A stretch of DNA of 64,000 bases from Eledone cirrhosa (lineage: Eukaryota). The first letter of the stretch is position 1. Every line of letters begins with the position of its first letter. The stretch covers positions 19,282,001 to 19,346,000 of the forward strand of contig OZ024749.1 of NCBI GenBank assembly GCA_964016885.1, in the 5' to 3' direction. The notes beneath the pieces are model-generated. The model was given only the letters and a program-made list of their open reading frames with translations, made no database searches and was not told the origin of the DNA. Of this stretch, positions 26,101-39,489 are shown piece after piece. Made by a program: the position numbers and the translations under genes.

Positions 26101-27269
26101 GATAGTATCAGCAATGGAAAGACCGATAGAAACATTGTTTTCTTGGTCCTATTTGACAAGGTCCAATCCACTTGGCAAGGGAATGAGGTCTGGGATCTTG
26201 TCGATTGATCAGAGTGATATATTATAATTGCTACCATGGTTGAGCCGTGGTCAATGATCAAAGAAATTCCAGCTATAACCAGGCCTTCACAAAATACTTC
26301 AGCAATGTTGGTATAGTCACTGCCTCCATCTCTCACTATTATAAACAAATGGGGGCCCAAGTGCTGGTCGCCCCATGGTCCTAGTAGACAGAACAGAGGA
26401 GGTGTTTCGCCGGTATATACATTTCTTGTTGATTGAACTCTCAGTTTAGCATGTGTCTGTGTGTCTCTCCACTCCAGCTAAATAAAGGTCAAAGGGTAAG
26501 AGTGGGGAGGGCTGCACATACCCGTGACATTTTTTTTTTTAGTGTTATGTGGTAAGGAAATTAAAAAAGAAGTCTATAAAATAAATAAAAATAAAAAATC
26601 TAAAAAAAAAAAAATTAATTAAATACAACAATACAACAATAAAACAACAAAACTTGCTCCAATGATATACCATTGCTAATATATTGTAAATTTGTAACAC
26701 CATCCAACCCAAGCAAGGCTATAGAGGAATTATGTACTTCCATTGAATTGAAATAAAATTGAAAAATAAAATAAAATAAAGAAAATGTTTTATCTCAAAA
26801 ACTGAGTTTATAAAACTTGATTGTGTTTGAATGTGGTGGTGGTATGACGAAGTTGTTGTTGTTACATGTTTTATCTAAAAAAACTGAGTTTATAAAACTT
26901 GACTGTGTTTTACTCTGTTGCGGGAAATATTGTGTGTTTATTGTTGTTGTTGTTGTCGTTACAGTTGGTGTCACTGGGGCCAATCTAATTAACTTTCCCC
27001 TCCTCAAAATTGCTGGCCTTGTGCCTAAATCCTTACGGGGCCGATAAAATAAAGCACCAGTAATGCACTGGGGTAATTGCTGGCCTTGTGCCAAAATTAG
27101 AAACCCTTACTAGTTAGGTAGCTAATCCATTCCTCAGACCCTGTTTTTATTCACAACATGACCCTCCTACAGTATAATAATATCTATTTCCACACTCAGT
27201 TTCATATCCACGATTTTATTAAACAAATACAAAAACGAAGTCTGCATGTGTGTTTATATATTTTCATGC

Positions 27270-27455
27270 TTCCCGAAATTTACCAACACCACACCTGATA
27301 TTTCCCCTCCACACGTACACATATATCTGTGAGTATATCATGACTCATACACTGTTCACTTTCCTGACATTTCTACATTGTTCTATGTACTATACATGCA
27401 CCTTTGATTAGTTGTAGTATACCTGAGCACTGTACACAATAATTTTCATTATTTT
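27270..27455 (+). mobile_element. CR1 3'-end fragment of the same family as 44341-49000
   Basis: Shares cacctgat...catgactcatacactgttca...cctgagcactgtacacaataatttc with 48670-48990. Confidence 0.75.
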
Positions 27456-30000
27456 ATAAATAGATATGTATACATTTTTTTGGAACATCCTGTATATATA
27501 ATATATAACAAAATCTTTAAAAAATGCATTAAAATAAATTCAGTTTTATATGCATTATTTATGTTTTATATTGAATTATTTAAATAGCGGTGGATCGGTA
27601 GAGGGTTGGATGCAATGCTTTGCAGCATAGTTACGGCCCTTTACGGTCTGAGTTCAAATCCCGCTGAGGTTAACTTTGCCTTTCATCCTTACAGGGTTGA
27701 TAAAATAAAGCACCAGTAATGTACTGGGGTAATTGCTGGCCTAGAAACAATTATTTAAATTATGAAAAATTTTTGGGTGTTTACAAACAATTGAATTATG
27801 TCTGTAGATCATTTTATCTTTGGGAAAGGCTGTGCATCTAAACTATAATAAAATAAGGAGTGCGGGACTGCGTACGGTTTATTTCTTTTAATCCAGTTAG
27901 TAAAATAAGTTGGATTACTTTGAATAAATAATTGTTTCTACTTTTGGCACAAGGCCAGCAATTACCCAGTGTATTACTGGTACTTTATTTTATCGACCCC
28001 CGTAAGGATGAAAGGCAAAGTTAACCTTGGCGGGATTTGAACTCAGAATGGCAAGGGCCGTAACTCTATGCGTCAAAGCATGGCGTCCGACCCTCTACCG
28101 ATACTGCCAATCCACCGCCTTACTTTGAATAAATAATGAATGAATATTACATAATTTATCTACTAAATTTCGTAGCTGTTAATTAAATACATTTTATTGT
28201 TTATTTAAAGATTCACTTCTTTAAAATTTTCAAATGTCAACACTTCCGGTTAGCAATCGCTTAAATAAACATTCATATATTTCCGTCACTAATTATCTCC
28301 TAATGCAGTTTATATATATCATCATCTTTTTTTAATGTATCATGGATTACGTTACTGATTACATAAGAGAGTGTAACGCAGTCTTCATTCAATTTCTGTG
28401 TATATTGTCAGTTATGATTCTATTTGATGTATATCTACATGCATATATATTTTTATTTTATTAAATAACGTTACAAATGAAAATATGAACATATATGATA
28501 TATGCAAAGCAATTTACAGTAGAATAAGATAACCAATATGTTTTAAATATATACATACATAACATTACAAATGCTTAGATAACATTATAAATTGCTCGCG
28601 ACTCTGTCAGAAGGATATATTCCTTTAATGTTGCAACATTAAAGGAAATGTAAAGGAAGGGGTGAACAACCGAACCACCACCAGAGCAAAAGACAGCAGC
28701 AAGGAGTACTGGGCAACCTCACTAATGATTTTAGAGGCAAGCCAGCACACTCGCACTGTTACCTCGGGTGATAGCGAGGCTAATATCAATATGCACACTA
28801 CACCTAAGGGTGGTTTTCTGCTAGCATGTGTAGATCTAATAAATATTGCCTGTACAGGTAATCAAAGTATGTATACAATTTTTGGGAGACCCTGTATATA
28901 AATCAGGATAAACCAGTTTAAAACTAGTTAGACCAATATATATATATATATATGCAGGATATCGATAGATAAAATATCAAGGAAAACAGTGCTCAGTCTA
29001 TTGCAAGGGAACTTATTTAGTATAAATAATGTTTCATACACTTTACAAGTATGTGTGACCATTGGTTTCGGGGTCCAGTTAGGGCTGCCACTGTATAGTG
29101 GAGGAGACACTTCCAAATTGACCCCTTCCTCATTGGCCACACAGATAAATATATGAGAAAGGAAGTCCCATAACTGGACCCTGAAATCAATGGTCACGAA
29201 TTGGCAGTATCGGTAGAGGGTCAGACGCCATGCTTTCTAGCATAGTTATGTCCCTTTATGATCCCGCCGAGGTTAACTTTGCCTTTCATCCTTACGGGGT
29301 CGATAAAATAAAGTACCAGTAATGTACTGGGTAATTGCTGGCCTTGTGCCCAAAAGTAGAAACAATTATTTACACTACACACACATATATGTTTCAGGCT
29401 GTACCTGAAGCATATACGTATAATATGCACGAACCCACCCACTCCCATACATCTGCCATGAGGACAAGCTGAAGCTACATCTAGTGAATCCTCCAGCCGA
29501 CACTGTAAAGTGGTTGTGTAGGTGATACGGCAAAAAGCATCACGTGCTCACTGTAAATGACGTTGGCATTAGGAAGGGCATCCAGCTGTAGAAACCACGC
29601 CCAAATCGGTCCTGTATGAGCATGACATGGTCACCTGACCTAGCTTTGCTCACAACAGGATAACTCGTCTAACCCATGCCAGCGTGGAAAAGTGGATGTT
29701 AAACCGTGATGATGATGATTTTATAAATATATATAGAAAGGAGAACGAAAAATCAGTGATGCATCGGAACTCAATTTATTGTGTTACAATTGTTTCCCCG
29801 GCGGACAGCTCGAGGTGCGATCCGTGTGTGGATCAACCTGACTCTAGACTCGCAGGTTCCTCGGAGCATATCCTCTTTCTAGAGGATATGCTCTGAAATC
29901 AATAGACGTGTCCATAGGAGCATAGAGTGCTCAACTGGCATACCGCCTATGGAAGCATCTTAGCTACCATAGACATATATATATATATATATATATATAA

Positions 30001-30241
30001 AAACACACAGTCCACGCTGTAATGTGGTCGTGTAGGTATCTAGGTAAAAAGTTCCCAGTTCCACACTGTAAATGTGGTTGGTGTTAGGAAGGGCATCCAG
30101 CCGTAGAAAACCTGCCAGATAGTCCTATACGAGTGAGACACAGTCACCCGACCAACCTTGCCGCAAGTGGGACAACTCCCGTCTAACCCATGCTAGCGTG
30201 GAAGATGGACGTTAAACGAAGATGATGATGATGATGATGAT
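30001..30241 (+). mobile_element. RTE-tailed SINE / bipartite non-autonomous RTE (copies about 283-440, 4846-5118, 17320-17592, 20820-21014, 29500-29720, 34725-34934, 39331-39822, 40100-40285, 53220-53382, 57130-57350)
   Basis: cacactgtaaa..ggttggtgttaggaagggcatccagc...aacccatgctagcgtggaa...acgttaaac(gat)n; 3' end resembles the RTE 3' end at 56555-56612. Confidence 0.88.
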
Positions 30242-30519
30242 ATATATATATATGTGCGTGTTATGTAATTCCGAAGGAAAAAAATAACATCTCTGTCTGA
30301 CGACCGATCCAGACGTATATTATATTATTATCGCCTGTGATCCAGAAACCTTTGGTAATGGAGTAGTTATATTTTGTGTTGTTCACTTTCTAATTAAATA
30401 TATATATAATCCATAAACGTAGTTTCGTTATAATTTGTTGAAGATGCCGTATATTAATTACTTTTCCCGTCGGTAAATCAAAGAAAGGGTTACGAACCGA
30501 ACTAGTTTGGAAATAAAAA

Positions 30520-30652
30520 GCTATTACGTCAGGAAGGTGACTGACACTATGACGTCACGACTGATCTGACGTCATTATACCCCGTTATGTCGCTTCTATT
30601 TTCACAGACCATTCAACGTTGAAGTCTTTTAAAAGTGTTGTTATCCGTAAGT
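30520..30652 (+). promoter_or_regulatory. Candidate promoter / first exon: clustered CRE sites followed by a splice donor
   Basis: TTACGTCA (about 30524) and two perfect TGACGTCA (about 30550, 30567) in CpG-containing non-repeat DNA; CC|gtaagt at 30646/30647. Confidence 0.5.
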
Positions 30653-32269
30653 AAACTTATTCCATACCTATGGTCACCACCAAGCTTAGGAGTTCGGGGT
30701 GGAGTGGGTGACTTCTCTGCGATACTTATATATATCGTATGTTTAAGTTGCACCTTTCCCACTACAATACGACGTGCAAACCAGTATATACCTATATTAT
30801 CTATCTGATTTACAAAACCACAACTCGAAATATATGGTACATAGTTAATGTAATATGTAGATTAAATTTGGTCAATTTATAGTTATGCATTTGTATTGTA
30901 TTTGAAGAGAAATTTGTTTGCCTTTGTTTTTTTCGTGGGTTTTCAAATCTGGCCTCCCCAATCTCCTCGGAAAGTTGTCGATTTTCTGTAGGAAACAGGG
31001 TGAAGGCGATTTCCTTTGGAGTTTTCTTTACAAGTTTTTTCTTGAGTTTGTTAGTGTGTTTTTAAAGAACGGACTTCCAAACCTATCGGAAAGGACTCGT
31101 TTCTTTAGAAAACGGGTTGAAGGGCAGTACGCTCGTAGTTTTCTTAAACATTTTTTCCTTAGGTTTTTAATGTTTTCAAAGAACCTGACTCGCAAACCCA
31201 TCGGAAAGGACTCGTTTTTTAGAAAACGGTCGGGCGGTGAGGGAGGGGAGTACGATCGGCGTTTTCTTAAACTTTTTTCTCTTAGGTTTTTTAAAGTTTT
31301 CAAAGAACCTGACACCAAAACCCACAGGAAACGACTTGCTTTTAAGGAAACCTAGGGGGAAAATATATATATGTTTCTACTGAACACGAGAGGGGTGTAA
31401 AATATTTAAGTTTACCATTTTTTTTTTCATATCTTATCTAACAAACTAAATAAATAAATAAATTCTTTAAAAAAAACAAAAACAATGTCAATATTTCCTG
31501 TTATCAGAGTAATTAAAAACGAATATGATGTAGGATTTCTGACAGTAAAGATAACATGATAGATCGAACAGTAACGAAATAGTTTTATATTTAGTGTTAA
31601 CGTAGCTGTTACCTCTGGCTGAGCAGACGACCTGAAGAGAATTCGTTAATTTGGATGGGAAAAAACAAAAACAAACCAAGGAAACTATCGGCAAATTACA
31701 TTTCTTTCAGTTTATACCATACTTGAGAAGTTCGGGTGGAAGGGTCAGAGCTACTAACCGACGTCTTAATTCTTGTTGGTGGTTCGTCTTATGGGGTGAT
31801 GTTTGTAAGGGTGCTTGGATATTCCAATGCTTTAGCCTCGCTATCATTTGCGGTGAGGAGCAGGGCTGCTGACAACCGGGTTTTTGTCAATGTTCATGGT
31901 TCGCCTTATGAATGTGCTTTGTTATTCCAATGCCTTAGCCTCGCTATCATCTGGGATGAAGAGGAAAGCTGCTGACAACAAGGTTTTTATCAATGTTAGT
32001 GGTTCGCCTTGTGAGAGTGCCTGACTATTCAAATGCCTTAGCCTCGCTATTACCTGCAGGGTTGCTGACAACCAGATATTTGTCATCATTATTGGTGGCT
32101 CTCTTTACTGCATAATTGTGTAAGATAAATATATTTTTTCAGCAAAATTAATATAAGGTAAACTATAAATTACGTTTTTTTTTATTTTCAGTAAAAGAAA
32201 AAAAAATACATTTCAATCCAGCTCTGGAGAAGTATAACCTGAAACGTAGGGAGTGTCGGGTAAATAATT

Positions 32270-32780
32270 ATATTATTATATTCTATAGTGAAGATCGCCC
32301 CGCTGCCTTCTTTTGACCGAGAAGAGTTAAGATTTTTCCTTTGTCTCATAGCTGTAGCAAAATAGATTGTGTGGTGGACGCGACTGAAAGGTCTGAAGAC
32401 AGACGCTTTCCTCTTCAGTCAAGCCCTCCAACTTTTTCAAATTCCACCTGGAAAGAAAAATAAGGGTGGAGAGAGAAATGCTGCCCCCAAGAACAATTTT
32501 TAAAAGGTGGGCGATTGTTGCAAGATTGGCCCGTGTGAATGCACCTGTAGGCTGGAAAGATGGAGGGAGAGAGGAGCGCCCTACTAGGGTGCTCTTGGAG
32601 ATGAGGGTGGGTTGGGATTTGTGGGGTTCCTAACATCACCCCTCGGTGGTACCCCTCCCCTATTTGGGGAATTTTGTTGATATTTTTTATTTTGTTTATT
32701 TGTTACTTTTTTTACTCGCCTTTGTACCCGCCTTTTGTATTCTTCTCTATGTTCGACCTTTGTGGCGAATAATAAAGAAA
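32270..32780 (+). mobile_element. L1/Tx1-like LINE 3' end remnant
   Basis: Reads WWTRLKGLKT...KIRVEREMLPPRTIFKRW, then T-rich 3'UTR and aataataaagaaa. Confidence 0.55.
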
Positions 32781-32899
32781 ACATTATTGTCATTATCATT
32801 TAATGTACCAGTAACACACTGGGTCGATTTATTCGAATCCCCTCCCCTTCAAATTGCTGGCCTTATGCCAAAAATAGAAACAATTATCATTGTGACGAA

Positions 32900-33710
32900 A
32901 TAACGAGCAAAGTGATGACTCTCAACTAGAAATAAGCTGGGAGGAAACTATCCCTGGCGAATACGTACATCAGCTCCGTTATTTACTACCATTGTGATTT
33001 TGTGGAAGGGGTGCGTTCCAATTGTTAGGCAGTCCATCTGTTGTAAGCACCCATTGTATGGAGGAATGGATATGTCATAGTTGATGATGCGCAAACATGT
33101 GCTGAGTCTGCGACATCTTCGGTGTTTCTTTGATGGTAAACAGATATGGCCCCTTTTCGCCAGACACGTATTTTCGCTGCTCGTTGCCTTCATAGAATTG
33201 CTGCAATGGGTCAAGCAAAGACCGAAAAGACCGTTTGATAACTGGAATGTCGTCAAGCACTCACAGCTCTCAACCAGTTGGGCACTGTGATCAGTGGGAT
33301 ATCCACTTTGGAATTCTGTAGAGGATTAGTGTCAGGGAAAAGCGATGACGTTCTTGAGGAGACTTTGAACGTCGTAAACAATTAAGTAACCGCTTTCTTC
33401 CGGAGAGCTTTCAACCTGGAGCCGATGGATAACTTGCAGAAATCCTTGGTCTGGCAGTGTTACCGAGAAGGGTGGGGTGGGGGTTACCAGTTCAAGATAA
33501 GCTCTACAAGCACAAAAGTACCGTTAGTCAAACCTGTCCGAAATGCGTGCCGGTCGACAAAATCGCCGTGCACACACTCGTCCAGTGTCCGAGCATTGCT
33601 GATTTATGGAACTCTGTCGAGCACCTGCTGTCGTGTGAAGGACAGATCCGGATATTAGTTGAGACTATTGTGAAGATAACTCCAGCCGTCTTCCGTTAGT
33701 CTGGAAGAGC
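32900..33710 (+). mobile_element. L1/Tx1-like LINE ORF2 remnant (zf-RVT region)
   Basis: Frameshifted W...LPVQDKL...CPKC...HTLVQC...W zinc-binding pattern in ORFs 33425 and 33457. Confidence 0.65.
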
Positions 33711-33959
33711 ATGAAGAAATGAGTTGGCCTTATGATCATAATGTCATGTGTTCAATTCTTGGACTGGGTTGTTTGTTGTGTTCTTGAGCAAAACACTTTC
33801 ACGTTGTTCCAGATTACTCAGCTGAAAATTAGTACCAGCAGTAGCTGGTGGTGGTGGTGGTGGTGGTGGTGGTGGGGGTTAGTTAACTCTGCGATGGACT
33901 GACGGCATGTCCAGCGGTGAGTCTTGTACTCTCAGTCGGTTAACGCCATAGCGAAGCTG

Positions 33960-34400
33960 AGGTGCTGGAACAACCATACACCCGCACAAGAGCAACACCT
34001 GATATCTCAGTAAGACCACGTGATAGCGAGGCTAAGACACTGGCCTAACCCTAACCCTCAACAGGAGCATTACCTGATATCTCGGTAAGACCAGGTAATA
34101 GTGAGGCTAAGGCACTGGAACAGCCAAGCATCCTCACTAGGAACATTACCTGATATCTCGGTATGACCGGGTGATAGCGAGGCTAAGACACTGGAACAGC
34201 CAAGTACCCCCTCCAGGAGCATTACCTGATATCTCAGAAAGGCCGGGTGATAGCGAGGCTAAGACACTGAAACAGCCAAGTACCCTCACCAGGAACATTA
34301 CCTGATATCTCGGTAAGGCCGGGTGACATCGAGGCTAAGATACTGGAACAGCCAAGTCCCCTCACCATGAGCATCACCTGTCACTTCGGTAAGACGAGCC
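33960..34400 (+). repeat. About 75-bp tandem repeat x5-6; related inverted units at about 31790-32075 and a monomer at about 28700-28790
   Basis: cctgatatctcgg.a.g.ccgggtgatagcgaggctaagacactggaacagccaag. Confidence 0.85.
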
Positions 34401-37400
34401 GTCAACGATGACAAGAACTTCATTGTCAGCGATCCAGCTCCCCCCAACCCCAAACGCCTCGAACGCCACAGGCTAGGAGAAAATAGTTTGTCGATAATTC
34501 CTGGTATTTTAGAATTTTATTCCGTTGCAGTGACCCTCACCTTCACTGCAGCATCCAGGATGTAGGCAGGGCCAGATTTAATGGGGGGGGGGGGGGGGGA
34601 TTGCTCCAGGCCCCTTGCAGTGTGTATGTGTGTGTGGGGGGGGGGGGGGAGTTGCAACTAGCGACAACCTTAATTTATTTGTGCCCTCAGCTGGGCTTTT
34701 TAGTTTTAGGATTGTTACATTTTAGTATAGTGGTCATGTTGGTGACACGACAAAAAGCACCCAGCACACACTATAAATGTGGTTGGCGTTAGGAAGGGCA
34801 TCCAGCCGTAGAAACCTAGCCAAAATTAGTTCTGCGTGAACGAAACATGGTCCTCCAGCCTGATATCATACAAAGGGACAGTCCGTCCTACTCATGCTAA
34901 CAGGGAAAATGGACGTTAAACGATGATGATGATGTATAACTTAAATACCAATTATTTGCGCCAAGCTAACTCTGATATATAAAATGTGTATTCCAATTTT
35001 TTTGTGTATGAGGGCCTCCCAAACCTGATTGGCCCAACCCCCTGGATGTAGGAAGGAGCAAGAGAGTCACTGACTGTGACGTCACAAATGAGTCATCGAC
35101 CTTTTACTCAGGGACAAAGAGTAAAACCACATGTAAGTATTAGGAGAAGGTCTTCAGTTTGAGGATACCCTCCTCCCCTTCCACCAGTTTCAGGGGTCTT
35201 GCTATTTCCCCAGTGTGTAAACAGCAAAACACAACGAACAAAACAGGGACGCCCATTTATTAATTAGAGTTCATGGGAAGAATCAAAGGGAGACAATCAA
35301 TTGGGTTTCGTGTAAATGAAATATACTTCAATTCTTTTAACTAAGTAAATAATTGTGTAGAGGGCTAAATGTCAGTTTATTAGAGTGGCTGGGATGAAAT
35401 TATGTGGCGTAAATTACGCAAACAGTATCCTGGGGTGATGAGAAGAGAAGAGGCTGGTAGATCAAAATGGTACGTATAAAGAACCACCACGGATGTACAT
35501 GATAAAACGACAAGTTAGTCAATCATATTGATGGCCGCCCCACAGTCCCGGCGGACAGAATGGAGAAGGCGTTTCCCCGGAAGACGGCAAGGGAGACGCG
35601 CTGGAAGAGCCATTCCAACTCGCGAGGCTCACACCTACTGCTGGCCAGCTCAGCGCCTATGGTGGTGAAACCATATTTCTAACTGGCAAATTTTAAACTG
35701 AATAAGTAAGCAACTTTTATTAAACTATTCTCTGAACTAAATAAATAAACATTTATTAAACCCTACATTGTGTTTATAAACAACATTTTTTCTGTTACTC
35801 TTTCCTGGCTAATAATTAGGTATATTTTAGATTAATAAAGTGCTATTTAAAAAATTCTTATTTGATTCTAATGGTTTAACCGCAATTACCTGCCCCTGAT
35901 TTATCTACTAATACATACACGAGGTATAAAATATATGATTATGAAATTAAGGTAGTTTATATCTAAATAATTTCAATATATATTAACAACAAAACATACA
36001 CAAAACACCAACTAAAAACAACTCTCTCGGAAATTGTCGGAAAGTAACGGAAACAAAATTAGAAACAACAATAATAATTTCATAGTTCTTCATTGTTTGA
36101 CATCGGATGAAAATTTTACCGGTGTCAGGCAAATTGTTACCGTGTGTTTATTCATTGCAGGCACCGGTCTCCTGCCAGCTGGTTGACATTTCATACTTCG
36201 AATCTCCGAAGGAGTGAATATTTACTGTGTTCAATCTACAGAAGAAATATGCTTACTTATTGTAACTGGTAAAATCACTTTTATTATTATTATTAATAAT
36301 ATTATTCCAACATGACATACTAACCGCACTAAATCTATATATCTGTAAGCTATAGTGCCGGCTTAGAGCATTCCGATAGTTTTTTCGTCACTGTCTATTG
36401 ATACACTCTTTTGACAGAGTTGGTTTAGCGCGTACCACCTTCTCCAGATTGTTTATTTTATCAATGTTGTATGTGTGTGTCGATAAGATGTTACAAGTTA
36501 AGAGCATTAATCACCATTATTCAAGTTAGTACTCCAGTAGAACGGAGATATTACAAGATAATAGGTTAAACTTGAACATCTGGCCAACATATATGGGAGA
36601 CATGAGGTTCGTTTCCTCTTAGCGGTAGATCGCAACTTCTTTTTCCGTCTTCAAGGCTCTTCACCTTATTTTATAAGCTATTTTAAAGTATCGCCGCACA
36701 TGAGCACGCCATTCTTTATATATGTATATGTTTCTTGAATAAAGTTGGGTCGCTCCGTTCCACTATGTAAAGTAAAAACAGTTTAAGCTTCACCGTAGGG
36801 CCTTCATATCTTATAATATATATATAACATACATATGTATGTGTGTGTGTTGTATAAAGTTGGGTCGTTCCGTTCTATTGTGTAAAGTAAAAACGATTTA
36901 AGCTTCACTGTAGAGCTATATATATATATATATTTATATACTCTTTGTGTTTATAAAGTATTTCGGCTGTTATTTTACATTGAGCTATTCTCATACTTGT
37001 AATTGGATATTATTTAATATTACCCACATTATATATATGATCAAATTAGGAAAAGTAACAGAGGACAAGACAACGAACGAAAAGAAGGCAAAACGAAAAG
37101 CAATTTTTAATAAAAATATAAACGAAAGGCACAAGGGTCATCGGCCGTTGAGGTGGACTTTGGCAGTTTCGACCCCCTAACAACGATATACATACATCTA
37201 TATATATATACACACACACTAAAGTTGGATGGTTCCGTTCCATTGATTAAACTAGATATCTTGTTTGTCACAATCATGTTGAGTGTGTTTAGTCATGAGT
37301 TCGATGCTTACACGTGTTTTTCGTGGAACATACTGGCAGTCTCACCAAATTACCGATTCTTCAAGTAAATATGCTTCACAATTCTTACTTTAATCTACCC

Positions 37401-38191
37401 ATTGTGTGTCTGTCTGTGTGTATCTCGTTCACTTTTCTCCCATTATGTTTCATCTACTACCGGTCACTGCTTTCTCTCTCTCTCTGTCTGTGTCTCGTCT
37501 TTTACTTTCGTATTGTGTAGCAGTGTTTCTCTCTGTCCCATCTACTGGACACAGCTGTCTCTCTCATTGTGTGTGTCTCGCTTTCTACTGGTCACTGCTC
37601 TCTCTCTCTCCCATTGTGTACCTCCCTGTGTCTGCGTTTCAGTTTCTACTTTCCGCATTGTGTAGCAGTGTCTCTCTGTCCCATCCACTGGACACTGCTG
37701 TCTCTCTCTCGTTGTGTGTGTCCCACCTTCTACTGGCCACTGCTGTTTCTCTCATTGTGTGTCCCATCTACTGGACACTGTTGTCTCTCTCATTGTATAT
37801 GTCCCGCCTTCTGCTCTACATTGCTGTCTCTCATTGTTTGTCTAATCTTCTATTTTCCTCATTGTGTATCAGTGTCACTCTACAGGACGCTGCTTTTTGT
37901 CCCATTGTCTGTGTCTGTATCCCATCTTCTACCGGACGCTGCTATCTCTGCCATTGTGTGTCATGTTGCTTCAAGAAAATAATATAAAACACAGCGACAT
38001 ATCTTTGAAAATGTCCTCACACACACACACACACATATATATATTTATATATAAACAGAAGGGATATTCAATTTGTTGGTAATTTAACAAATATAAATGT
38101 TTATAACTGATTCAAAGCACTCAACAGGTTTTCTGGAGTATAATATACAATGATATTAAATAAATAGAAACTATATTTATAAAACCATATT

Positions 38192-38253
38192 TATTCTATT
38201 ATATATATTTCAAGGGTACCAAAAATTTTGGTACGCTATCATCAGATAAAATA
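38192..38253 (-). ncRNA. Type I hammerhead ribozyme in fold-back element (left arm)
   Basis: Reverse complement of 38370-38431. Confidence 0.75.
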
Positions 38254-38369
38254 CGAAGTGTGTTTTATAAATATTTGACATGACCAACGTTTCAAGTTAT
38301 CCCTGGATAACTTGAACCGTTAAGGTATATTATCCTTGGTCATGTCAAATATTTATAAAACACACTTCG

Positions 38370-38431
38370 TATTTTATCTGATGATAGCGTACCAAAATTT
38401 TTGGTACCCTTGAAATATATATAATAGAATA
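38370..38431 (+). ncRNA. Type I hammerhead ribozyme in fold-back element (right arm)
   Basis: TATTTTAT-CTGATGA-[tagcgtaccaaaatttttggtaccctt]-GAAA-TATATA-TA-ATAGAATA; 8-bp stem I with one G.U. Confidence 0.75.
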
Positions 38432-39489
38432 AATATAGTTTCCATTTATTTAATATCATTGTATATTTATATATATGTACCTACATTGCGTGTGTATGTA
38501 TATGTGCGCCTACATTGTATATGTATACGTGCACCTAAATTACGTGTGTGTGTGTGTCTATATGTGTACCTATATTCCCCCTGTGTGTGTATGTGCACAG
38601 CTACGAACATTGTGTATATATGTGTGTGTGTGCTTCCATATATAACGTGTTTGAAAAGAATGAAAATTACCGGATTTATGGCTTATAATATACATATATG
38701 TTTAATTTTATTCATAGTTGTATAAATAACATTACAAATCGTTTGCAATTCTTTCAGAATGAAAATATAAACAGAGCATATAAATAAATTTACAGTAGAA
38801 TAACTTAACAAATATGTTTTAAATATATACATAAATAACATTACAAATAAATGCTTCGATAACATTATAAATAGCTCGCGATTCATATATGTTAGAGTTA
38901 GGGTTTGTTAGATCTAGAGCCTCCCTTATACAACAGCATTCTAATATATATGTGTATATATTTTGGGGGACACTCTGTTTGTGTGTATGCGTGTGTGTGT
39001 GTGGCTTAGTGGTTAGGGCGTTCGGCTGACAGTTACAAGATTGTGTTCGATTCCGGGAGGCGTGTTGTGTTCTGGAACAAAACGCATTATTGCATGTTGC
39101 ACTAGTCCACTCAGGTGGGATAAAATGAGTTCTACCTATATTTCAAAAAGGCCAGCTTTGTAATGAGGTATCGCCCTGAAAACTACATTAAAGGGACTCA
39201 TGTATGTGGAATGGTCAGCCACTTGCATGCTAATTCATCGAGCAGACGGTTCCGTAGTTCAAACAACAGGAAAACAACTAGTCCTTGGAACATTTTGTTA
39301 TGAATGTATGTGTGTGTGTGTGTATGTGTGTCATCATCATCATCATCGTTTAACGTCCATTTTCTACGCTAGCATGGGTTAGACGAGTTGTTCCATTTGA
39401 GGCAAGTTGGGTCAGGTGACCGTGTCTTGCTCATGTAGAACTATTTCTGGCTAACTTTTTACAGCTGGATGTCCTTCCTAATGCCAACC

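Larger units (their letters stand above)
38053..38461. mobile_element. Fold-back PLE-derived element
   Basis: Arms about 38148-38287 and 38336-38461, tail 38053-38147; tail also seen at 21280-21365 and 12783-12870. Confidence 0.85.

Noticed and set aside
29770-29970. Hammerhead in the repeat shared with about 61175-61345
   Set aside because: GAAA-CAATTG-TA half is present on the minus strand but no recognisable CTGANGA half
30297-30400. CTGACGA motifs here and at about 61627-61633 (minus) as hammerheads
   Set aside because: Related repeat copies, but I could not form consistent stems I and II with a GAAA
30918-31355. 145-aa ORF and its 96-aa antisense ORF
   Set aside because: Arises from a degenerate approximately 115-bp tandem repeat; no recognisable domain
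34044-34058. Telomeric repeat cctaaccctaaccct
   Set aside because: Only about two units; too short to be meaningful
36107-36268. Candidate first coding exon of nardilysin
   Set aside because: ATG frames either stop before the donor or end in phase 2, which gives a stop when joined to either acceptor at 53403 or 53407
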